Counted from the first letter of the stretch, positions 20,067 through 31,269 are shown. The stretch is 64,000 bases of DNA from an uncultured Candidatus Saccharibacteria bacterium (GCA_964479835.1 CAYZRE010000002.1:24987-88986); one strand, 5' to 3'. The notes: generated by a model not told the origin, from the letters alone. Made by a program: numbers and translations.

Positions 20067-20471
20067 TCACTCAGAGCAGTTGCCCGCAAGCGTGTAGCCG
20101 GCCTGTTGTGCGGCCAGGGCCGTGGGGAACCACAGGCGATTGGCCTCTTTGATTTGCGATGCTCCTGCGCACCAGGGGTGATGATATTTCTTTGTTTTTG
20201 ATGCCTTTGATGCTACCACACGAGGGTCATCGGTGCGGGATGATTTTGGCGGCGCCGTGGTCCCCTGCCCGGAAGGTTTAGGAGTCTGCGAAACAATGGC
20301 TGTGCGTGGCTGAAAAAGCGCTGCATCTTGCGCCGGTCGTGCGCCGTGACGGGCATTTATGATACCCATATTATAGCCGGACCATGCAACAAGGGCGACG
20401 ACAAAACCGCGCCACAGGCGGTCCTGGTGGCGTTTGACGAAAGCGAGTATCTTTGCTATGCTGGATTCCAC
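20067..20471 (-). CDS. Membrane-anchored protein with Ada-like metal-binding domain
   Basis: N-terminal TM; VASK...KYH.PWC.....IK..N..WF.T...A..AGY....C. Confidence 0.75.
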   Translation of the reverse strand: MESSIAKILAFVKRHQDRLWRGFVVALVAWSGYNMGIINARHGARPAQDAALFQPRTAIVSQTPKPSGQGTTAPPKSSRTDDPRVVASKASKTKKYHHPWCAGASQIKEANRLWFPTALAAQQAGYTLAGNCSE

Positions 20472-20531
20472 GTGTGCAGTGCCGACATCCCGGCCTCCAC
20501 GATATAACAGATTCCCCTAACCTAGCCAACC

Positions 20532-20810
20532 ATGGCACATACAAAAGCAATTGGATCTACACAGCTGGGTCGCGACAGTCGCCCCCAGTACCGTGGGCTC
20601 AAACTCCACGACGGACAAATCGCAAAAATCGGTAATATTATCGTCCGCCAGACCGGCAGTACGGTCATTGCCGGTTCGGGCGTCCGTACGGGATCCGACT
20701 ATACGCTCTACGCCGTCAAAGACGGTCTCGTCACCTATACCACTCGCAGAAAGGTCGGTTTTACCGGCGCAGGCCGCACCGTCAAGATCGTTTCTATCGT
20801 CGCGAAGTAA
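20532..20810 (+). CDS. rpmA: 50S ribosomal protein L27
   Basis: MAHTKA.GST..GRDS, GNIIVRQ.G, G.DYTLYA. Confidence 0.96.
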   Translation: MAHTKAIGSTQLGRDSRPQYRGLKLHDGQIAKIGNIIVRQTGSTVIAGSGVRTGSDYTLYAVKDGLVTYTTRRKVGFTGAGRTVKIVSIVAK

Positions 20811-20920
20811 CGCAAATCAAAAAGCCCCCGTTCGGGGGTTTTCGGTTTTCGTTTTGCATAAGACAAAATGAAACTGGGCAGAATCGTAGCGATACTATCG
20901 CGATGACGATTCTGAGTTAC

Positions 20921-21370
20921 TTATACTAATGGATGTACCTCGACCGTGATGTCTGTGGAGACATCGTCAGCGAGTCGGACTTGTGCCGCGTGAGAACCGA
21001 TGCTCTTGATATGACCCTCGATGGCGATTGCGGATGCCGGGATATGCACGCCCGCCTGTTTACTCAACTGTTCGGCAATATCGGCCTCTGAAACACTGGA
21101 GAACAGTGTTCCCTTCTCATTTGCCTTACCTTGGAGTGTGACGGTCGTACCGGCGAGTGTAGCGGCGAGTTCTACCGATTGGGTGTGTGCCAACGCCTGT
21201 AGCTGAAGTTTCTTTATTTTCAGGCCGGCAACTTCTTTAATGACACCGTCCGTGACGCGTTTTCCGAGCCCCCGTGGTAACAAAAAATTGCGTCCGTAGC
21301 CGTCGCTGACCTCCTTGATGTCTCCGACCTGTCCGACGCCTTTAATATTGTCCAGTAATACGACTTTCAT
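20921..21370 (-). CDS. rplI: 50S ribosomal protein L9
   Basis: MKVVLL..IKGVG..GDIKEVSDGYGRNFLLP. Confidence 0.97.
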   Translation of the reverse strand: MKVVLLDNIKGVGQVGDIKEVSDGYGRNFLLPRGLGKRVTDGVIKEVAGLKIKKLQLQALAHTQSVELAATLAGTTVTLQGKANEKGTLFSSVSEADIAEQLSKQAGVHIPASAIAIEGHIKSIGSHAAQVRLADDVSTDITVEVHPLV

Positions 21371-21384
21371 AGCGGTTCGTTATC

Positions 21385-22623
21385 CTACTGCAGTTTGAGG
21401 ACAACCGCAATGGCCTTGTCCAGTTGTGGGTCTTTGCCCACCGTGCCGATTTCCCAGCCCTTTTCTACGTATTCCTTAGGGTCTATTTTTACCTCGTCGG
21501 TTGGAGTGATGCCAGTCTCGGAGATACTCACACCGTTGGGAGTGAGCCATTTGGCAATCGTGACCTTCAACGAGGCACCGTTGTAGAAACTCTCAAGTTG
21601 TTGAACGGAACCTTTACCGAACGACTGCTCGCCTACAAGCGGAATGTTACGGATATCGTGAAGCGCTCCGGCAAGAATTTCAGACGCCGATGCCGAGCCG
21701 CCGTTGATGAGTACGACCGTGGGTATCCCGGCGAGGCGGGAGTTACCGCTGGAGCGCAACTCATCGACAAGACCATTACTGTAGCGTTCTTGAACCACGA
21801 GACTGTCGGACTTCAGCATCCATCCTGCCAGATTAACCGCCGAATCGAGCAGTCCACCGGGGTTATTGCGCATGTCGATGATAAGCCGTTGCGCGCCTGC
21901 GTCTGTGAGTTCCTTTGCTGCACGCGCGAATTCCTCGTTGAGATTGCCGTTAAATGTATATATCTGAAGATACGCAACTTTGTTATCCAGCATTTTCCAA
22001 TCCACCGCTGGTATTTTGATGGTGTCGCGCACAATTGAAAATTCCATAAGATCGGTTTCTCCTGGGCGCGCCAGGGAGAGCATCACCGTCGTCCCCTTCT
22101 TGCCTCGGATGCGACTAACCGCTTCTTCAACGCTCCAGCCGTCTGATGATGCGCCATCAACCTTCACGACGACATCACCCGCTTTGATGCCGGCGCGCAT
22201 CGCAGGAGAATCTTTAATGGGTGAGATGACGGTGATGACCTCATTGCGCTTACCAATCTCCATGCCCACGCCGGAGAAAGCACCGGATACTTCCTCTTGA
22301 AATTTCTTACTGGTGACCGGTTCGAAGAAAACCGTGTACGGATCTCCGGCTGCCGCTACCATGCCTTCAATAGCGCCGTATACCAGTTTTTGAGTATCCA
22401 GTTTTTCTTTATCAACGAAACGGTCGTTGAGTTTGTCCCAGACCTGCCAGAAAAGACTGAAATCTACCGCATCGGACTTACCTTCGTCTTTGTTGATGAC
22501 CTGCTTGATGATGGTATCAACATTCTGTGCGTTCTGTTGTTTAAAGTAGCTGTATCCCCCGCCAAAACCGGCACCTAGTGCCATGATGACTGCGATGATG
22601 AGGATGAGTCGTTGTCGTTGCAT
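21385..22623 (-). CDS. S41 carboxyl-terminal processing protease
   Basis: DPY, PDZ domain, DMRNNPGG, SASASEI, GKGSVQ. Confidence 0.93.
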   Translation of the reverse strand: MQRQRLILIIAVIMALGAGFGGGYSYFKQQNAQNVDTIIKQVINKDEGKSDAVDFSLFWQVWDKLNDRFVDKEKLDTQKLVYGAIEGMVAAAGDPYTVFFEPVTSKKFQEEVSGAFSGVGMEIGKRNEVITVISPIKDSPAMRAGIKAGDVVVKVDGASSDGWSVEEAVSRIRGKKGTTVMLSLARPGETDLMEFSIVRDTIKIPAVDWKMLDNKVAYLQIYTFNGNLNEEFARAAKELTDAGAQRLIIDMRNNPGGLLDSAVNLAGWMLKSDSLVVQERYSNGLVDELRSSGNSRLAGIPTVVLINGGSASASEILAGALHDIRNIPLVGEQSFGKGSVQQLESFYNGASLKVTIAKWLTPNGVSISETGITPTDEVKIDPKEYVEKGWEIGTVGKDPQLDKAIAVVLKLQ

Positions 22624-22638
22624 AGAAGGTGAGATTGA

Positions 22639-23484
22639 TTAAGCGTTCAACAGTCGGGGTTGTAGAGGTTGTGGATGTTCAGGCCGGCGACCGCTGACGC
22701 CGTGTTTTCGGAAATAACGAATTGCATCGAAGATATGCCAGCGTGTCTCACGACGCATAAACACGTCCAGTATACCAAAGCGGCCTTTCGATTGCCGCTG
22801 GTGGTAATGATACATCCGAACGGTCGGCATGTACGCTACCGTGTATCCATAATCCCAAAAACGCCATGCCCAGTCAACTTCGCTAAGATACAGAAAAAAT
22901 TGCTCGTCCATAAAACCAACCCGCTCGAGTGCACTCCGAGTCGTCATCAGCGCGGAACCCATCAGCCAATCCGCCGGAGTCGGTTCAGTGAGAGCTTTAT
23001 CGCGCATCAGGAAACGGTCCACAAGACCACGAGTGAACGGAATGGGAATACGGCGGGCCGGTATCATGAGCGGTGTGTAGAAACGAAAACTGGAGTCCTG
23101 TCGTGTGTCATCAAAATTCAACAGTCCGGGTCCCAGAAGACCCACCTGCGGATGGTCCTGCAGGTAGGCCATCATTGCTTCCAGCGTGTCCGGCAGTACC
23201 ACGATGTCGGGGTTCAGAATGAGCAGATAATCCCCCGTCGCGCGACGCAGTCCTTCATTGACGCCCCGGGTGTAGCCGATATTACTGTTGAACGGCACCA
23301 GGACAAGCCGGTCGAAGAGTTCGTCGCAGTCGTGGCGCACGATGTTCTGGGTTTCTATGGTACTCTCTGAATCAACGACGATGACCTCGTATACCATCGT
23401 GCGTCCCAGCGCGCGAGCCAGTGTCGTCAGCGCCAGACGCAGGAGGGGCGGATTCTTGAAATTGACAATAATAACGGAGAGCAT
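22639..23484 (-). CDS. Glycosyltransferase family 2
   Basis: SVIIVN, LNPD, FFLYLSEVD. Confidence 0.9.
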   Translation of the reverse strand: MLSVIIVNFKNPPLLRLALTTLARALGRTMVYEVIVVDSESTIETQNIVRHDCDELFDRLVLVPFNSNIGYTRGVNEGLRRATGDYLLILNPDIVVLPDTLEAMMAYLQDHPQVGLLGPGLLNFDDTRQDSSFRFYTPLMIPARRIPIPFTRGLVDRFLMRDKALTEPTPADWLMGSALMTTRSALERVGFMDEQFFLYLSEVDWAWRFWDYGYTVAYMPTVRMYHYHQRQSKGRFGILDVFMRRETRWHIFDAIRYFRKHGVSGRRPEHPQPLQPRLLNA

Positions 23485-24584
23485 CAGGGTGTTGCGACAG
23501 GAGTTGCACTCAAGGTGGGTACCCGAGGGGATGCGGATGCCGGGTCGGGCGTCGGCAAAACTGGTGAATCAGTGAGCACCGTAGCGAAAAACTTTTTGAT
23601 ATGAACGAGCGAATTATCGCGCGGGAGTAATTCATAGATTCCGTTCACCGTGGCTTCATACAGAATATTCTCCGTGGTGAGATAGTAGCGTTTAATACGA
23701 CCGAGCTTGTCCTGCTGTGCCAATAAATCCTTAACGGTTCCCAAATCGAAAATATTCAGGTCGGTTTCCAAGTGCTTGCGGATTGCCGAAATGACTTCAA
23801 ATGCTTTTAACGGGTCACCGGTGAGATCCAATGCAGCCGCTTTGTCGCGAATAGCCATCATGACCTGCATCTGACGGCGAGAACGGTCAAAATCACTCGT
23901 GCCGTAACGGCTGCGTGCAAAGTACAACGCCTGTTCACCCGTCAGATTGTTTATGCCGGCAGGAAGACTGAATTCGTACCCCCACTGTTGTGTTTCCCGG
24001 AAGGGCTTATCCAGGGTGATTGTGATACCGCCCAGCGTATCAACAACGGTACGAAAGGCCTCAAAATCAACAACCACGATGTTGTCGATACCCACGCCGG
24101 TAATCCTACTGAAGAGCCGTTTGGTACCGCCTAACCCATAGTGCGCATACGCGGCGTTTATCTTTTCCGTCCGTTCGTCCGTAATGCGTACCGTCAAATC
24201 GCGCGGGATTGAGGTGAGTGCGGATACGCCGGTCTTCGTATCCAACGAAAACAAAAGCATTGTATCGGTGAGTAATCCGCCATTGGCAACATCGTTTTTA
24301 CCGCGGATACCCATCACCAGAATATCCAGCCGGTTTGTATCGTTTTCCGGCATTTGATATTCGAGGTCTTTGTCGATGGGAATCATCTTCGAGCCCACAT
24401 CCGCAGTGAGTGAGTTACCGGTGATAAGGTTTACGACCGATATCGTGGCATTGCGAAGCCCGCTGATAGCAAAGATGGCTGTCAGCGCAAGAGCAACTGC
24501 AAGGAAAATAAACAAAGCTCGTCGAAAGTTTTTTCTCCTTTGCCGAGGTGGTTGTGGGATGTCGTAGGGTGTCATGTGAACCAT
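23484..24584 (-). CDS. LCP-family glycopolymer ligase
   Basis: TDT, SIPRD, KINAAY, FARSR, SDFDRSRRQ. Confidence 0.92.
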   Translation of the reverse strand: MVHMTPYDIPQPPRQRRKNFRRALFIFLAVALALTAIFAISGLRNATISVVNLITGNSLTADVGSKMIPIDKDLEYQMPENDTNRLDILVMGIRGKNDVANGGLLTDTMLLFSLDTKTGVSALTSIPRDLTVRITDERTEKINAAYAHYGLGGTKRLFSRITGVGIDNIVVVDFEAFRTVVDTLGGITITLDKPFRETQQWGYEFSLPAGINNLTGEQALYFARSRYGTSDFDRSRRQMQVMMAIRDKAAALDLTGDPLKAFEVISAIRKHLETDLNIFDLGTVKDLLAQQDKLGRIKRYYLTTENILYEATVNGIYELLPRDNSLVHIKKFFATVLTDSPVLPTPDPASASPRVPTLSATPVATP

Positions 24585-25615
24585 TGATGCATCCTCGCTT
24601 CGGATGTGACTGCCCGATGCATGAGTGCGCTCCGGCGCCTGAACATGCGCGGGAGGAGAGAGAAGAAACGGCCTGCTTCCATCAGTATGCCCGGCTCTAC
24701 GGCAAGCGCGTACAGGAATGTAGCAAATTCACGTGCCAGTATCAGTGGCGCATCCCTCAAAAGGTTAACTATATAGTCATTTTTAATGATTGTAAACCTC
24801 ACATTTGACCAATCCAAACGGCGTTTACGGAGCGGGATTGCACCACGAATTCGCACACGCCTGAAGTGTGCCCCGAGCGAATCGGCGGTCCCCTTGGTCG
24901 TCGCGCGATCGTGCCATGCGACCGCATCGGGAATGAATACCTGTCGGTGGCCCAGGAGCGTCATACGCCACGCGAGGTCAAGGTCATCGCCATACCAAAA
25001 ATAATCAGGATCCCAGATCCAACCGCCCATTCGGCATTCTTCCAGGACCCGCCTACGGAAGAACGGTACAGCACCTTCAACACCAAAGATGTCGTGCACG
25101 GCGGAAAATTTCTGACCATCGGGTTTGCCGTGGCCAATGTTGAGAACTTTCCGGGCGCGCGTCATGCCAAAACCACAGGTATCAATCGTATCGCGATGCA
25201 ATGCGGTGGACGGCTCTCTCTCGAGATGTGCGATGTCGTATTGGTATACCTTCCCCTGCACGGCTGCGATGGTCCCGTCTTGCTGGCATGCCGCCACCGC
25301 GTTCGCTATGAACTGCGGATCGAGCATGACATCAACCGAGAGTGCGAGAACATAGGGGCCGTGGGTGTGCTCCAGCAGCATTTCCTGTCCGGGCCACATA
25401 CCGAGATTGCGGTCACCGCGAATCAGTTGAAATTCGGGGTATGAGGATGTGACGATATCGGCAGTCGTGTCATCGGAAGCATTATCCAGCACCACGACCT
25501 CGATATTCGGGTATGTCTGTGCACGAACCGCATCGAGACAGTGCCGGATGAATCGCCGGCCGTTGTGTACGACAATCTGCACGCTCACCAGCGGTGGTCC
25601 GTCATGCATGGTCAT
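24572..25615 (-). CDS. Glycosyltransferase family 2
   Basis: VS..IV.HNG, DNAS.D.T, Y.DD.DL.WR; start approximate. Confidence 0.88.
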   Translation of the reverse strand: MTMHDGPPLVSVQIVVHNGRRFIRHCLDAVRAQTYPNIEVVVLDNASDDTTADIVTSSYPEFQLIRGDRNLGMWPGQEMLLEHTHGPYVLALSVDVMLDPQFIANAVAACQQDGTIAAVQGKVYQYDIAHLEREPSTALHRDTIDTCGFGMTRARKVLNIGHGKPDGQKFSAVHDIFGVEGAVPFFRRRVLEECRMGGWIWDPDYFWYGDDLDLAWRMTLLGHRQVFIPDAVAWHDRATTKGTADSLGAHFRRVRIRGAIPLRKRRLDWSNVRFTIIKNDYIVNLLRDAPLILAREFATFLYALAVEPGILMEAGRFFSLLPRMFRRRSALMHRAVTSEARMHQWFT

Positions 25616-27170
25616 TGGCCCAGACCAGTGCGAGGGTCGTGGCGAACATAAGGTATACCCGCTCGTCGAACACAATCGGATCGGTCAGGACATATGCGTA
25701 GACCCATGGCAGATATAGTAATAACGACGCGGCATACACCAGCGATGGCTCTCGGGCGGATGCAAACCAGCGCCATGCGGCACGCCATACCCCGACGAGC
25801 AACACCAGGGAGACTACGGCGGCAAGGATACCCATTTCGGCGGCAATATGAAGATATAAATTGTGTGCGGTAGAACCGGCGCGCGCAAGCTGAATATCCT
25901 CCTCCAGCACAACCGGGAAATTACCGATGCCAACGCCAAAGAATGGACGGTGTCCGATAGAGTCGATGGACGCGCCCCAAATTTTCAGTCGAATTGCATT
26001 AGACATTTCGCTCAAATCGATTACCGAGCGCAACCGTCTGCCGAACAATCCCCCGTCCAACTTACTCACCAGAAACTGCGGTGACATGAAGATGGGCCAC
26101 GCGAGCGTGAACAATACGAAGAACACAGCCAGGTACGAGGCGCCATACGCAAACATACGCCGTCGAACGGTATCAATGTGCAGGCGGCGCATGGACCACA
26201 GGAGAACGGGAACCAACGCAAGAACTCCAACGGATGCGGCCCAAATACCACGGGTGCCCGATAAGATAGCTCCAAGAAACGCTGCGGGAACCCAGATAAT
26301 CGAAAGTGATGCGTAGGTACGCACCAGCCGTTTCAGAGGCACCGAATCCGCGATGCGCAAGATGGGGCCGGTCGCCATGGCCAAAAGTGCCGGAATACCT
26401 AGAAGAACATAGACCGGGAACGAGTGCGAGTCGGGAAAGAGCGAAAACATTCGCAATGACAACTGTTCGCCGTAGTATGCCAGCCACGTATTACCCAGGT
26501 TAACCGCGATTGAAGACCATTCAGTGCCGAATTGTCTCAATTGAATTCCTCTCCCCCACAGATCGACGAACTGGTAGATGTCCATAAGGTAGACGGATAC
26601 GAGCTGGAGAAAACCCGCGACGACCACGACCATGGTCGGGATAGCGAGATTGCGGATAACCTCTTCCGAAGCGAGCCTCCCCTGACGCAACAGCGCCCAC
26701 ACAAGCGTGGGAACCAACGACAGATTAATGAAATAGATGATGCGCTTGATACCGACGGCCGGATACTGTGCGCCGATGAGCGACAGTCCCGCGAACAACA
26801 CAAGTGCACCTAATTGCCAGGCAACGGGATGAGCCTTGCACCATGCGATGGGGCGGCGTATCCCCTCGCGAACCTCGCGTACGAGCGTTGTGCGCGTTGC
26901 CGGCTCCGCAAGGTAACGCAACATCAACACCAACGAAAGCGGGCGCCACATATTCAGATTATCGTAGGATGCGGTAAGCGGGAGTGCGATGAACAGAGGA
27001 ACCGAACGCACGAAAAAAAGAACGCCGTCATCAAGCGGTTGGCGAAGCATCCAAAGTGCGAGCAGTCCGGTCGCCACCAGCGCACCACCGCGAGGAACGA
27101 TACCTGAGACGACCGCAACGAACACAATCAGATATATCACATACACACGATTGAGCGTCAGGAATTTCAT
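25602..27170 (-). CDS. O-antigen ligase/polymerase family membrane protein
   Basis: Many TM helices, SGTRG, R..IW, PFFGVG.GNF, AHNLYL. Confidence 0.85.
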   Translation of the reverse strand: MKFLTLNRVYVIYLIVFVAVVSGIVPRGGALVATGLLALWMLRQPLDDGVLFFVRSVPLFIALPLTASYDNLNMWRPLSLVLMLRYLAEPATRTTLVREVREGIRRPIAWCKAHPVAWQLGALVLFAGLSLIGAQYPAVGIKRIIYFINLSLVPTLVWALLRQGRLASEEVIRNLAIPTMVVVVAGFLQLVSVYLMDIYQFVDLWGRGIQLRQFGTEWSSIAVNLGNTWLAYYGEQLSLRMFSLFPDSHSFPVYVLLGIPALLAMATGPILRIADSVPLKRLVRTYASLSIIWVPAAFLGAILSGTRGIWAASVGVLALVPVLLWSMRRLHIDTVRRRMFAYGASYLAVFFVLFTLAWPIFMSPQFLVSKLDGGLFGRRLRSVIDLSEMSNAIRLKIWGASIDSIGHRPFFGVGIGNFPVVLEEDIQLARAGSTAHNLYLHIAAEMGILAAVVSLVLLVGVWRAAWRWFASAREPSLVYAASLLLYLPWVYAYVLTDPIVFDERVYLMFATTLALVWANDHA

Positions 27171-29134
27171 ATGATGTCTTCTATCATACCGAGCATACGG
27201 CGGGCATGCTTCTCCCAAGTATACCTCGATACAATCGATTCCGCCGCATGCTCGATGTCCTGTCGATGCGCTTCATCGGTCAGTCCCCGTTCGATGACCG
27301 CGGCAAGCTCACGCGGTTGGGCGCTGTTCGTGTAGAACGCATGGGAACCTAACAGCTCGCGATGGACAGGGGCGTCCATGACAACAGACGGCACACGATA
27401 AGCCAGTGCCTCAACCGGAGGTAATCCGAATGCTTCCATGTCAGACACATAGACCAGCAGTCGCGCGCCTGCGTATGCAGATGCCAGTTCGTCGTCTGTT
27501 ACACGCTGAGTCCATACGATAGCCGGATGACCCAGTGCTCGATTTGTCGTCTCTACGAGATCTGAAATAACCGGCGGTTGATATTTGTCCGGTCCGATGG
27601 CGTACAGTGTCATCTCGGGATGCTGTGGTGCGATGACCGCAAATGCCAGTATCGTCTCTCGGAGATGTCTGCGCGGCAGACCCTGCGCAACATAGAGCAC
27701 ATAACTACCGGCCCGCGGTACGACCACATGGGCGGGAGTAATAGCAAGTTCGTTGACGGCAATCCGTTCCGGAGAAATGCCGAACAGCTCTGCGACACGC
27801 GTTGCTGATGTATGTGAAATAGCCATGATGCGTGTTGCGCGGCGCGATGCCCATGTTGCAAAGATACGGTAGGCAAGCCGATACTTGAACGGGAGTGCGC
27901 TCCCGCGCATTTCGTACCAAATATCTTCCGTCAGCATCACGATGCTCTTCCCTCGGAAAATGAGCGGGAGCATGAAGTTCGCGATATAGGTGACCGCCGG
28001 GCGGTCAAACCACAGCCGGAGCGGGAAGAACACATAGAAGTAGAGTGAGAAGGAGGCGGGAAGCCATCCGAACGGGCGCACAATGACCGCGCTGACATGT
28101 GTGTGATGCAACCATGGCTCATCCGGAATACGCGATTTGAAGTACGCAACAACCTCGTAGCGTTCGCGCACCTGTGGTAACTCAACAAATGCATTTAGAA
28201 ATCCCCTCACCTGTCGCGCCATACCCCATGAAACATCCTCAAGTGATTCGCACTCGACGGCTATGACGGGCAATGTCGGAATGCGGCCCCAGCGGCCGAA
28301 TATGAAATCAAAAATGCCGGTGAGCGTCGCGCGGCTCTCGGCGGTACGGTGGAGAAACAAGAGCTTTGCCGATTGCAGTGCGATACCGTAGCACACGGCA
28401 AGCGGCACCGCCGCCTTGACCCACCACGGACCGTTACGCCAATTGAACCGGAGCGCGTTGCGCGCATGATAGCGTATAAGTAGAGGGCGGCCGAGCTTTT
28501 TGGTGCTCTCCGATGTGCGGTGCGTAATCACCGGTTCCTCTAGGAATTGAATGGGAATTCCCGCATACCGTGCGCGCAGAGAAAAATCAGCATCTTCGAA
28601 GTACAGAAAGTAATGCTCGTCGAGCAGACCGATGCGCTCAAACACATCACGATGTATGAGTATGCCTGCGCCGATAGCATACGAGCTCTCGGCACCGCCT
28701 ACCCGGTGGTATGCGTGCGGCAGTGTTGGGCGAAGCCATTTTATAATGCCCGCATATGCGGTGCGGTCGCCTTCGTTGAGGGGAAGTCCGACAATGGCCG
28801 GAGTATTCGGTAGCGCAAGTAAGGCGATGAAATCGGGCTGAACAGTGGTGTCGTTGTTGATGAGGAGGAGCCACTCGCTCCCCTGCGCGAGCGCTTTGCG
28901 AATAGCAAGGTTGTTGCCGCCGGAGAATCCCCTGTTACGGTCGCTGTAAATGATATCCAAACGAAGCGGGCTGGACGCGATGTATGAACCCAGTAGCGCA
29001 CGGTCATCCGGGGCGCTGTCGTTATCGACGACAATGACATCGAAATTGCGGGCAGTCTGGCGCTCCAGAGAACGCAGCAAATCCATCGTAGCGCGGGCGT
29101 TGTTGAAATTGACCGTAATGAGCGTGAGGTTCAT
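27167..29134 (-). CDS. Fused GT2-GT4 glycosyltransferase
   Basis: N-terminal GT2 (GFSGGNN, INND, YFEDAD) and C-terminal GT4 (EAFGLPPVEA). Confidence 0.85.
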   Translation of the reverse strand: MNLTLITVNFNNARATMDLLRSLERQTARNFDVIVVDNDSAPDDRALLGSYIASSPLRLDIIYSDRNRGFSGGNNLAIRKALAQGSEWLLLINNDTTVQPDFIALLALPNTPAIVGLPLNEGDRTAYAGIIKWLRPTLPHAYHRVGGAESSYAIGAGILIHRDVFERIGLLDEHYFLYFEDADFSLRARYAGIPIQFLEEPVITHRTSESTKKLGRPLLIRYHARNALRFNWRNGPWWVKAAVPLAVCYGIALQSAKLLFLHRTAESRATLTGIFDFIFGRWGRIPTLPVIAVECESLEDVSWGMARQVRGFLNAFVELPQVRERYEVVAYFKSRIPDEPWLHHTHVSAVIVRPFGWLPASFSLYFYVFFPLRLWFDRPAVTYIANFMLPLIFRGKSIVMLTEDIWYEMRGSALPFKYRLAYRIFATWASRRATRIMAISHTSATRVAELFGISPERIAVNELAITPAHVVVPRAGSYVLYVAQGLPRRHLRETILAFAVIAPQHPEMTLYAIGPDKYQPPVISDLVETTNRALGHPAIVWTQRVTDDELASAYAGARLLVYVSDMEAFGLPPVEALAYRVPSVVMDAPVHRELLGSHAFYTNSAQPRELAAVIERGLTDEAHRQDIEHAAESIVSRYTWEKHARRMLGMIEDII

Positions 29135-30222
29135 GTCGCGTGTTCTACCAGCATGCGCATGCGTTGCTCAAACTGTTGCGTCCCCCACTGCGCGGCGTGA
29201 GAACGGATTTTCTGGGCGTCGTAGCGGTCCAAATTGGTACGCAATCGTTTGATACCGTCCGCAAGAGCTTCGGGTATCGGGTCATCAAAGAATTCTCCGG
29301 TGACGCCTTCGAGTACCGTCTCGGTTGCGCCCCCGTGACGCAAGGCCAACACGGGCTTGCCGTGTGTCATAGCTTCTATGGCGGTCAGGCCCCAATCTTC
29401 TTCGTTGGGAACAATGACGGCGCGACAATGCTCATAGAGGCCGTCGAGAGCATCATCCGAAACCCATCCCGTGAAGGTAACATTGGTGCCTGCCCGTTGC
29501 TGTAGGCGCTCTTTCAGCGGTCCGTCGCCAACCACTACCAGTCGGTACTGCAGTTTCGCGAATGCATCAATCGCCATGTCGAGAGATTTGTGCGGAACCA
29601 TCCGCGACACAATGAGATAATAATCGTCGATAGATTCACGGGGTGCGACGGACTCGCTGACCGGCCGTGTGGGAGGAGGTACAACGACTGCCGAGCGCCG
29701 GTAATATTTCGCGATGCGCTTTGCAACAGTGTCGGAAATGGCAATCATTTCATCGGGGCGTTGGGCGGCGGCCTGATCCCAAGCGCGCAATGCGTGCCGG
29801 TAGAATCGTGACAGTAAGCCACTGCGCTCATAGGCGCCGTTTCGGTCCCACAGCATGCGCGCCGGGCTGTAGCAGTAACAGATATGGCGTGTACCGGGAC
29901 GAACAACGATGCCCTTAGAGAATACTACAGAGGACGAAATGACGGTGTCGTATCCGGAAAGGTCAAACGATTCGACGGCCGAAGGCATGGCGAGTGCCAG
30001 ATACGGATAGATACGCCACGCAAACGGTACCCGTTGAAGTCCCGATGCAATGACCGTGGCGTTGGGTAGCCACCGGTGCACCGTGGAAGGTTTGTACAGG
30101 AGTGTGTAGATGGGCGCTTGCGGCCACAGGCTATGCAGGGCAATCAGAACGCGTTCAGCGCCACCCACACCGACAATCCAGTCGTGTACGATTGCAATTT
30201 TACCGGCGCTTGGCGATGACAT
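29131..30222 (-). CDS. Glycosyltransferase family 4
   Basis: HDW....GGAERV, EDWGL..IEA. Confidence 0.9.
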   Translation of the reverse strand: MSSPSAGKIAIVHDWIVGVGGAERVLIALHSLWPQAPIYTLLYKPSTVHRWLPNATVIASGLQRVPFAWRIYPYLALAMPSAVESFDLSGYDTVISSSVVFSKGIVVRPGTRHICYCYSPARMLWDRNGAYERSGLLSRFYRHALRAWDQAAAQRPDEMIAISDTVAKRIAKYYRRSAVVVPPPTRPVSESVAPRESIDDYYLIVSRMVPHKSLDMAIDAFAKLQYRLVVVGDGPLKERLQQRAGTNVTFTGWVSDDALDGLYEHCRAVIVPNEEDWGLTAIEAMTHGKPVLALRHGGATETVLEGVTGEFFDDPIPEALADGIKRLRTNLDRYDAQKIRSHAAQWGTQQFEQRMRMLVEHAT

Positions 30223-31207
30223 TTTTCTTATACGTTTCCAGATTGTCTAATACTTTACCGGTACCACGCGCGACGCAGAACAACGGGTCGTCGGCTACGC
30301 GTGCGGGTACTCCGGTGACTTTGGTGATGAGTTCATCGATGTTGCGGAGAAGCGCTCCGCCTCCGGTAATGATGATGCCGCGGTCCATGATGTCCGAGCA
30401 CAGCTCGGGAGGTGTCAGCTCCAGCACGCCTTTGATAATTTGCAGAATTTCCCGCAAATGTTCGCCCAACGCCTCGGTCACTTCATTGCTCGTAATCTGA
30501 ATGGTTTTGGGAAGGCCGGTTGTCAGGTCGCGCCCTTTAATGTTCAGAGAATCTTCATGCGCGCCGCGGAGCGCACTGCCAATATTGATTTTGATAAGTT
30601 CTGCGGTGCGCTCACCGATGGCGAGCCCGTGTTTCTTTTTGACATATTCAACGATGGCCTGGTCAAATTTGTTGCCGCCGATGCGCACCGATTGCGCCGA
30701 TACGATACCGCCCAGAGAAATCACGGCGAGCTCGGTCGTGCCGCCGCCGATATTGAGTATCATGTTGCCGATGGGGCTGTTGATGGGAATCTGTGCGCCA
30801 ATGGCGGCGAGTACCGGTTCCTTCACAAGATAGACCGCCTTCGCACCGGCGGCCAGTGTGCTCTCGATGACCGCGCGTTTCTCGGCAGAAGTGATACCGG
30901 CAGGTACCGACACGAGCACTTCGGGTTTGATAAAACTGAACACGCCGCCCGCCTTCTTGATGAAGTAGCGCAACATCGCACCCGTTACACGGTAATCCGC
31001 CACTGCTCCGTCAATCAGCGGCCTGACGATGATGATGCTGTCGGGTGTGCGGCCGATCATTTCTTTTGCCGAATTACCGACCGCCAGAATCTTATTGTCG
31101 AGCACCGAAAGGGCAACCACGGACGGTTCGTTGATGACGATTCCCTTCTTGGGCATGAACACCACGGTATTCGTGGTGCCAAGATCGATGCCAATCTTCC
31201 TGGTCAT
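30200..31207 (-). CDS. mreB: Rod shape-determining protein MreB
   Basis: IGIDLGT.NT, NEPSVVA, IGGGTTE, TGGGALL. Confidence 0.96.
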   Translation of the reverse strand: MTRKIGIDLGTTNTVVFMPKKGIVINEPSVVALSVLDNKILAVGNSAKEMIGRTPDSIIIVRPLIDGAVADYRVTGAMLRYFIKKAGGVFSFIKPEVLVSVPAGITSAEKRAVIESTLAAGAKAVYLVKEPVLAAIGAQIPINSPIGNMILNIGGGTTELAVISLGGIVSAQSVRIGGNKFDQAIVEYVKKKHGLAIGERTAELIKINIGSALRGAHEDSLNIKGRDLTTGLPKTIQITSNEVTEALGEHLREILQIIKGVLELTPPELCSDIMDRGIIITGGGALLRNIDELITKVTGVPARVADDPLFCVARGTGKVLDNLETYKKNVIAKRR

Positions 31208-31269
31208 AGCGACTGAATATAGCGTAAATGCCCCTTTTTATCAACAAATAACCGGAGTATACTGATGGC